Of a DNA stretch of 64,000 nt, positions 58,606 through 64,000 are shown in pieces. The stretch's first letter is position 1, and every line of letters begins with the position of its first letter. The DNA lies in assembly GCA_965279375.1 (NCBI GenBank), contig OZ257156.1, positions 4,352,001 to 4,416,000 of the forward strand, read 5' to 3'. The DNA is from Gemmatimonas sp. GTDB taxonomy: Bacteria; Gemmatimonadota; Gemmatimonadetes; Gemmatimonadales; Gemmatimonadaceae. The notes under the pieces are model-generated. The model was given only the letters and a program-made list of their open reading frames with translations, did no database searches and had not been told where the DNA came from. Made by a program: the position numbers and the translations under genes.

Positions 58606-59313
58606 GTGTCGCGCACGCTCGATCGCTATCTCAGCAAGCTCGGGTACGGCACGCGCCGTGAAGTGGCGTACCTGTTTGCACAGCAGCGCGTCACCGATGC
58701 CGAAGGCGCCGCCCTCGAGCCCGAAGCGCCGACGTCGCACGAGAACACACGCGTCGATGGCGCGCCGCTCGATCCACCGCCCGGCGCGCTGATACTCCTC
58801 CACAAACCCGTGGGCTACGTCTGCTCCACCACCGACGCGAGCCCGGTCGTGTACGAGCTGCTTCCACCGCGCTTCCGGGATCGCGATCCGATCATGGCAC
58901 CCATCGGCCGCCTCGATCGCGACACGTCGGGGATGCTCCTCATCACCGATGACGGTCCGCTCAACCATCGGATTGCGTCACCCAAACGCCACCTTCCCAA
59001 GCGCTACATCGCCGAGCTGGCCAGTGATCTGCGCGGCGACGAAGCCGTGGCGTTCGCCAGTGGCACCCTCATGCTGGAGCGCGAGACAGAGCCGCTGCGT
59101 CCAGCGTCGCTCGAGGTGCTGGGTCCGCGACGAGCGCGCCTGACCATCACCGAAGGGCGCTACCACCAGGTGCGCCGCATGTTCGCGGCCGTTGGCAATC
59201 ACGTGGTGGCGTTGCATCGCGATGCGATCGGTTCGCTGGCATTGGGCGACCTTGCCCCAGGCGCGTGGCGAATACTGTCGAACGACGAACGTCCCCTCGT
59301 CACGCCGCCATAA
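58606..59313 (+). CDS. rsuA: RsuA-family RNA pseudouridine synthase
   Basis: S4-like LDRYLSKLG, LHKPVGYVCS, GRLDRDTSG, TEGRYHQVRRMF. Confidence 0.88.
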   Translation: MSRTLDRYLSKLGYGTRREVAYLFAQQRVTDAEGAALEPEAPTSHENTRVDGAPLDPPPGALILLHKPVGYVCSTTDASPVVYELLPPRFRDRDPIMAPIGRLDRDTSGMLLITDDGPLNHRIASPKRHLPKRYIAELASDLRGDEAVAFASGTLMLERETEPLRPASLEVLGPRRARLTITEGRYHQVRRMFAAVGNHVVALHRDAIGSLALGDLAPGAWRILSNDERPLVTPP

Positions 59314-59347
59314 GCTTCGCCGCAACGTCGATCCAGCCCGACGTCGT

Positions 59348-60541
59348 CTAACGTCGCGTTGCGGAGAGGACCTTGAAACGCGCACAGTCATGCACCGTGC
59401 GCACGTGGCCAAAGAGATCAGTCAGCGGCTGCTCGTACGGAAGCGTGCGATTGGCTACCAGAAATAGCGCACCGCCCGGTCGCAACACGAGATACGCGTC
59501 GCGCATGAACTGCATCGGCACGTTGAGCGCAGTCGATTTGCCCACGTGAAACGGCGGATTGGTCACCACCACGTCGAACTGCTCCCCAAGCACCGCCACG
59601 GCGATATCGCTGCACATCGCGCGCGCATCCGAGACGCCGGCACCCTGCACCGTGCGCTGAGTCGAACGAATGGCTTCGACGTCGGCGTCCACCAACGTGA
59701 CCGGGCCGCCGCCGGACAGTCGGCTGGCGACGACCCCCAGCGGTCCGGCGCCACAGCCCAGATCCAGCACGGACGCCTGCGAAGGAATCTCCATGCACGC
59801 GCTCAGCACCTCCGTGGCTTCGTCGAGATGCTCCCATGAGAAGACGCCGGGACGCGTGCAGAGGGTGAGCGCGGCGCCGCGCAGTGTGGCGTCGATCTCG
59901 TGAAATGCGTCAGGCGCGAGGAACGGACTCGTCAACTCGGACGCTTCCGGCAGCGACTCGGTGCGCTTGGTTGCCGCAACGACGCGATAGCCGCTTTCGC
60001 TGGCGAGCACCTGACAGTTGCCGAAGATGACTTCCAGCAGACGCGCAGCGCTCTTGGCGCCCTCGTTGGTGGCCCCGGCGATGGTGCACCGCCCACCGAT
60101 GCGCAGCAGTCGCCACGCATCCACCAGCAGCTGCAACTGCGCGAGCTTCTCGTGCGGAATTCGCACCGCCACAACATCGGCCACCGTGTCCGCAGGAAAG
60201 GCGTGACTGCCCTGCGCGAGCGTGACCGTGCCCTGCGTCAGTTCGTTCAGTGCGAGTGTACGCTCCGTCGCCTGGAACGACAGGACGTTTCGATCGGCGA
60301 GAAGCACGCGTGACGCGTCGCCAACCATCAGCGCCGCCGCGCCGAAGAGACCGTTGCCGCAATTCAGCTGCACCACGACGTCGCCGGATGCGATGGTGGT
60401 GTAGCGCGCGAGGAGCAGCGCCGCGGGATCGATGGTGCCGTGCGAAAACGCGCCCGGCTTGGAGGCGAAGCGCACGCGCCGCCCGCCGATCGGCGCGGCG
60501 CCCGACTGCCACGCGTGATAGCTGACCGAGTTCTGTGTCAC
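59348..60541 (-). CDS. RsmC/RlmG-like SAM-dependent methyltransferase with tandem MTase domains
   Basis: RPGVFSW..LD, VLDLGCGAG, VTNPPFH, FLVANR.LPY. Degenerate N-terminal copy (SKPGAFS, LNCGNG). Confidence 0.82.
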   Translation of the reverse strand: MTQNSVSYHAWQSGAAPIGGRRVRFASKPGAFSHGTIDPAALLLARYTTIASGDVVVQLNCGNGLFGAAALMVGDASRVLLADRNVLSFQATERTLALNELTQGTVTLAQGSHAFPADTVADVVAVRIPHEKLAQLQLLVDAWRLLRIGGRCTIAGATNEGAKSAARLLEVIFGNCQVLASESGYRVVAATKRTESLPEASELTSPFLAPDAFHEIDATLRGAALTLCTRPGVFSWEHLDEATEVLSACMEIPSQASVLDLGCGAGPLGVVASRLSGGGPVTLVDADVEAIRSTQRTVQGAGVSDARAMCSDIAVAVLGEQFDVVVTNPPFHVGKSTALNVPMQFMRDAYLVLRPGGALFLVANRTLPYEQPLTDLFGHVRTVHDCARFKVLSATRR

Positions 60542-60582
60542 GAGAGCCTCGCGCGCGACCGTTCGGCGAAGCGACCGCACGC

Positions 60583-60620
60583 CATACGGCACATCACACA
60601 GCACATCATACGGCACATCA
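60583..60620. repeat. Three tandem 12-bp units CATACGGCACAT / CACACAGCACAT / CATACGGCACAT
   Basis: Read directly, between the class V aminotransferase stop and the methyltransferase start. Confidence 0.85.
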
Positions 60621-61871
60621 GGCGCGTGCGAGCTCCTTGAGCGCACTCACGAACGTGTCCAGCTCAGCCGTGGTCGTGAACAGCTGCGGCGTGATGCGCA
60701 CGCCTCGTACCCCGGCCGAGTTGATGGCGACCGTCCAGACGCGGTACTTGGCGAGCAGCGTCTTGGCGAGATCGCCCGGCATCATGCTGGCGATACCGAC
60801 GTTGGCGATCGCGCATGACCGGGTGGGATCGGTGGGCGTGTTGAGCACGATGTTGGGTACGCCTCGCACTTTCGACGTCCAGTACTGCTGCAGATAGCGC
60901 AGGCGCGCTTCCTTGCGCTGGATCCCGATGGCGTTGTGGAAGTCGATCGCGTTGCCGATCGCCAGGTCCGTGTGCACGGGATGCGTGCCGGTGTGATTGA
61001 GCTTGCGGATGTCCGTCTCGGCGACGCCTTCGTCTGCAAAGATCGGCCACAGCCCGGCGACGTTGTCCTTGCGCACGTACAGCAGCCCCGCGCCCAACGG
61101 CGTGCCAAGCCACTTGTGAAGGCTGGCGCCGTAGTAGTCGCAGCCGAGGTCGGGGATGCGGAAGTCGAGCTGCGCAAACGCGTGCGCGCCGTCCACCATC
61201 ACCTTCACGCCATGGCGATGGGCCATGTCGGCGATCTTGCGCACAGGGAGGATGTGCCCGGTGATGTTCACCATGTGGCACACCATCAGCAGGCGTGTGC
61301 GCGGCGTGATCGCATTCTCGTAGAGCGCGACGATCTCGTCATCCGACTTGGGGTCCATCGGCAGCGAGACGACCGTGTTGCTGATTCCGTAGCGGCGGCC
61401 CTGCAGCTTGAACATGTCGAGCATGGCGCCGTAGTCCTGCGCCGCCATGATGGCGTGATCGCCGGCCTTCCAGTCGAAGCCGGCAATCACGGTGTCGAGC
61501 GACTCGGTCGTGTTGCGCGTGATGATCAGCTCGTCCACGCCGCAGCCGGCGAGTTCGGCCAGGCGTGTGCGCGCCGCGAGCTTGTCGTTGGTCTGGCGCG
61601 TGCGCATGTAGTACGCCGCCTGGTAGTTGACCTCGCGCACCTTTCCGATGAACGCCTCGAGCACCGGCTCCGGCTGCATGGAGTAGTAGCCGTTCTCGAG
61701 ATTGATGTAGTCGGGTGTCAGGCGGTACTTGCTGCGCAGCTGCGACCAGAAGTCATCGTCGAGCGCAAGTTCGGCGTGCGTGCGCTCCGCCATCCGAGCG
61801 AGCAGATCATCGCCAAGGAAAAGCCCCATGGATGATCCGCCCACGATGCGAAGGAATTCGCGTTTCTTCAC
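60618..61871 (-). CDS. Class V PLP-dependent aminotransferase (isopenicillin N epimerase/CefD-like) with Tat-like leader
   Basis: INLENG, RNTTESL, VDGAH, YGASLHKWL, GTH. N-terminal KKREFL. Confidence 0.85.
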   Translation of the reverse strand: MKKREFLRIVGGSSMGLFLGDDLLARMAERTHAELALDDDFWSQLRSKYRLTPDYINLENGYYSMQPEPVLEAFIGKVREVNYQAAYYMRTRQTNDKLAARTRLAELAGCGVDELIITRNTTESLDTVIAGFDWKAGDHAIMAAQDYGAMLDMFKLQGRRYGISNTVVSLPMDPKSDDEIVALYENAITPRTRLLMVCHMVNITGHILPVRKIADMAHRHGVKVMVDGAHAFAQLDFRIPDLGCDYYGASLHKWLGTPLGAGLLYVRKDNVAGLWPIFADEGVAETDIRKLNHTGTHPVHTDLAIGNAIDFHNAIGIQRKEARLRYLQQYWTSKVRGVPNIVLNTPTDPTRSCAIANVGIASMMPGDLAKTLLAKYRVWTVAINSAGVRGVRITPQLFTTTAELDTFVSALKELARA

Positions 61872-61989
61872 GTACCGCTCCTGGAGTCGAGGCCGACTGC
61901 GTCGAGGACCACACGTAGGACGCGGCTACAGTTCCCGCCGCGTCCGACCCGCCCCAAACATATCCGCCCCGTTCGCGACGCGCTCAGGT

Positions 61990-63270
61990 TCAGCGTTTCG
62001 CCCGGAACAGCCTCGCGTCGGGGTCGGGCGATCCAGCGATGGCGCGCGCAATCACCTCGGCGCCGATGACGCTGTGCGTGATGCCGTTTCCGCCGAATCC
62101 GGCGAGCGCGTAGCAGTGTCGCAGACCGGGTACGCGATCGATGATCGGAAGGCCGGTCGGCGATGCACCGAAGGCTCCCGCCCAGCGATACGCGACCTTC
62201 AGGGCGACGCTCGGAAGCAGTGCCTCCACCTTGCGCGTGACCCGCGCACTCTTGTCGTGGAGCAGCGCGGGGTTCGCGTGCCGCGTCGCGGAGTCTTCGT
62301 CTTCGCCGCCTGCAATGATGCGTCCGTCCGCCGTGGTCCGCAGGTAGAGATACGGGTCCGAAGCCTCCCAAAGCAGCGTGGATCGCAGCCAGGCTGGAAG
62401 TGTCGGCACCGGCTCGGTCGCGATCGCCCACGTCGAGGCGATGCTGTGCCCCGCCAATGGGATGGCTGGCAGCAACTCGTAGCCAGTGCAGCAGACCACG
62501 TGCTTCGCCTGGACAGATAGACCACTGGCAAGTCCCAGCGTGACGGCACGCCGAGTGGCGCTTACCTGCTGCACGTCTGCGTGCGTGTGGATGCGCGCGC
62601 CTCGCGCGACGCAGCGTCGAAGAATCGCCGCCGTGAGCTGCGCCGGATTCGCGCACGCCGACCCACTGCTCCATAGCGCGCCCGTTCGCGTAATGCCGAA
62701 TTGGTCGTGCAGCGTCCGTCCATCCACGAATGTGCCGGGCAGGCCGGCGCGTTCGCGCGCGGCCGTCTCCGTGCGTAGCGCGCGTGCTCCGTACGCATCG
62801 CCCGCCACGTACAAGCTGTTCCGTTCACTCCATCCGCATCGAATGCGCTCTCGGCGCACGAATTTCCGCAGCGTCTCAACCGCCGCCAGGGAGCGGCACC
62901 AAGCGCGTCTCGCGTTCCCCAATCCGATCGTCGCGGCGAGCTTGTGCAGCGGAAGGTCAATCTCGAACTGCAGAAGTGCCGTGCTGGCGAGGGTGCTGCC
63001 CGAGGACGGCTCACGCCGGTCGAGCAGCACCACGCGGTGCCCAGCGGACACCAGGGCGTGCGCAACCAAGGCTCCACTGATCCCTGTGCCGATCACCGCG
63101 ACGTCTGTGCAGACATCTTGCGTAAGCGGTGACGACGGAATGGTGCGCCCGTACGCCGACGCGACCCACAGCGGCGTCCCATTGCGCAGCGAACGACGAC
63201 GCGCCGTGGCAACGGTCGCGCTCGTGCGCGATGACGCGACACTGACGTCTCGCGCATCACGCTTCGGCAC
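61990..63270 (-). CDS. FAD-dependent oxidoreductase (DAO/PuuB-like family)
   Basis: DVAVIGTGISGA, GSTLASTALLQFEID, WEASDPYLYLRTT, GFGGNGIT. Confidence 0.88.
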   Translation of the reverse strand: MPKRDARDVSVASSRTSATVATARRRSLRNGTPLWVASAYGRTIPSSPLTQDVCTDVAVIGTGISGALVAHALVSAGHRVVLLDRREPSSGSTLASTALLQFEIDLPLHKLAATIGLGNARRAWCRSLAAVETLRKFVRRERIRCGWSERNSLYVAGDAYGARALRTETAARERAGLPGTFVDGRTLHDQFGITRTGALWSSGSACANPAQLTAAILRRCVARGARIHTHADVQQVSATRRAVTLGLASGLSVQAKHVVCCTGYELLPAIPLAGHSIASTWAIATEPVPTLPAWLRSTLLWEASDPYLYLRTTADGRIIAGGEDEDSATRHANPALLHDKSARVTRKVEALLPSVALKVAYRWAGAFGASPTGLPIIDRVPGLRHCYALAGFGGNGITHSVIGAEVIARAIAGSPDPDARLFRAKR

Positions 63271-63282
63271 GAGCGCGCCCGA

Positions 63283-63411
63283 TCAGCGGAAAATGTCGAA
63301 ATGCCCCAGCAGCCACCACAGCGCGACGAACACCAGCACCGTAGTGAAGCACCCGCCGCCCAGCTTGCTCGCGCCCCATCCCGCGGCAGCGCCGCGCAAC
63401 AGCTTACTCAT
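63283..63411 (-). CDS. 42-aa membrane microprotein (not in ORF track)
   Basis: MSKLLRGAAAGWGASKLGGGCFTTVLVFVALWWLLGHFDIFR. AGGT RBS-like sequence upstream. Fills the gap between two co-directional genes. Confidence 0.65.
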   Translation of the reverse strand: MSKLLRGAAAGWGASKLGGGCFTTVLVFVALWWLLGHFDIFR

Positions 63412-63479
63412 GATCGCCTACCTACGTTGAGATTTACCGTGAACACCATGAATTCCAACTCGAGCTCCAATCCTGCGGA

Positions 63480-64000
63480 TCAGAACTGAACCGTCTTGTT
63501 GTCGCTGCTCTTGTCGCTCTGGTCGCCGGTGACCGCGGCCTTCACCATCGAGATGAGCGACGCCACCTTACCGCCAGGCGTATCCCAATACTCCGCCTCG
63601 TCCACCGTAATTCTGATCAGTCGGATGGTCGGATCCTCCGCGCTCTCGAACCATGCGCGCAAGAACGGATTCCAGAATTCGCGAATGCGCTCCCGATCAT
63701 TCAGGACTTCTGCGTTGCCGCTGATGGACAGATAGGACTCGGCGCTTGATGATGCATACGCGACGTTGACGCGCGGATTGGCCGAGATCTCGGTGAGCTT
63801 CGCCGTGTTCTCGGACGTCATGAACCAGAGCGTGCCATCGAACGGCGCCTGCTGCGTCGCCATCGGGCGGCTGTGCGGACGTCCCTGCGAATCGATCGTG
63901 ACGAGCATCGCCATACGCATATCCTTCACGAGCTCCGCGACTTTCGCGACGCCCTCCGTGTCCGTATGTGTGGGCGGTTCGTTGTGTGCGTTCGTAGTCA
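63480..64000 (-). CDS. General stress protein 26 / pyridoxamine 5'-phosphate oxidase-like FMN-binding protein (5' end at the window edge)
   Basis: AMLVT...HSRPMA, LWFMT, NPRVNVAY, YLSISG, AEYWD. Frame is open to the window end, and the last bases fit an ATG at 64001-63999. Confidence 0.85.
   Translation of the reverse strand, partial: TTNAHNEPPTHTDTEGVAKVAELVKDMRMAMLVTIDSQGRPHSRPMATQQAPFDGTLWFMTSENTAKLTEISANPRVNVAYASSSAESYLSISGNAEVLNDRERIREFWNPFLRAWFESAEDPTIRLIRITVDEAEYWDTPGGKVASLISMVKAAVTGDQSDKSSDNKTVQF

Overview
GC-rich (roughly two-thirds G+C by eye) bacterial chromosomal segment. Gene content and protein style suggest Gemmatimonadota (inference only). It is densely coding with about 54 genes, and I saw no rRNA, tRNA, CRISPR array, integrase or transposase. 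From left to right: a tesA/ybbAP-type esterase-ABC module; infA; then a ~21 kb minus-strand run (8.9-30.0 kb). That run holds apaG, a YddW/DigH-like glycoside hydrolase, a class I aminotransferase, hmgA, hppD and acetoacetate-CoA ligase. It also holds a tightly coupled LacI-headed operon encoding a KAS III (FabH)-like enzyme whose His/Asn catalytic residues are replaced (Cys-Thr-Tyr), two acyl-CoA synthetases, an SSS transporter with a small membrane partner, a PhaJ/MaoC hydratase, a TonB-dependent receptor, a secreted PHB-depolymerase-type esterase and a V4R protein. This operon is the best candidate for an undescribed system, a putative polyhydroxyalkanoate/hydroxy-acid-oligomer scavenging locus. 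Next come a PhoX-family lipoprotein coupled to an imelysin-like/di-heme cytochrome c peroxidase fusion with a divergent Tat Rieske lipoprotein (second candidate system), a GH18-CE4-GT2 / mprF / acvB envelope operon, a deoxyhypusine-synthase-like gene and a divergent LytS/LytTR pair. The remainder holds an S1/P1 nuclease, copZ-csoR with a candidate operator, a hybrid kinase, a second TonB receptor, dps, a CxxC variant of YtxJ/BrxC, RNA-modification enzymes and a 42-aa membrane microprotein missed by the ORF track. All calls come from motif recognition by eye; no database searches were run.
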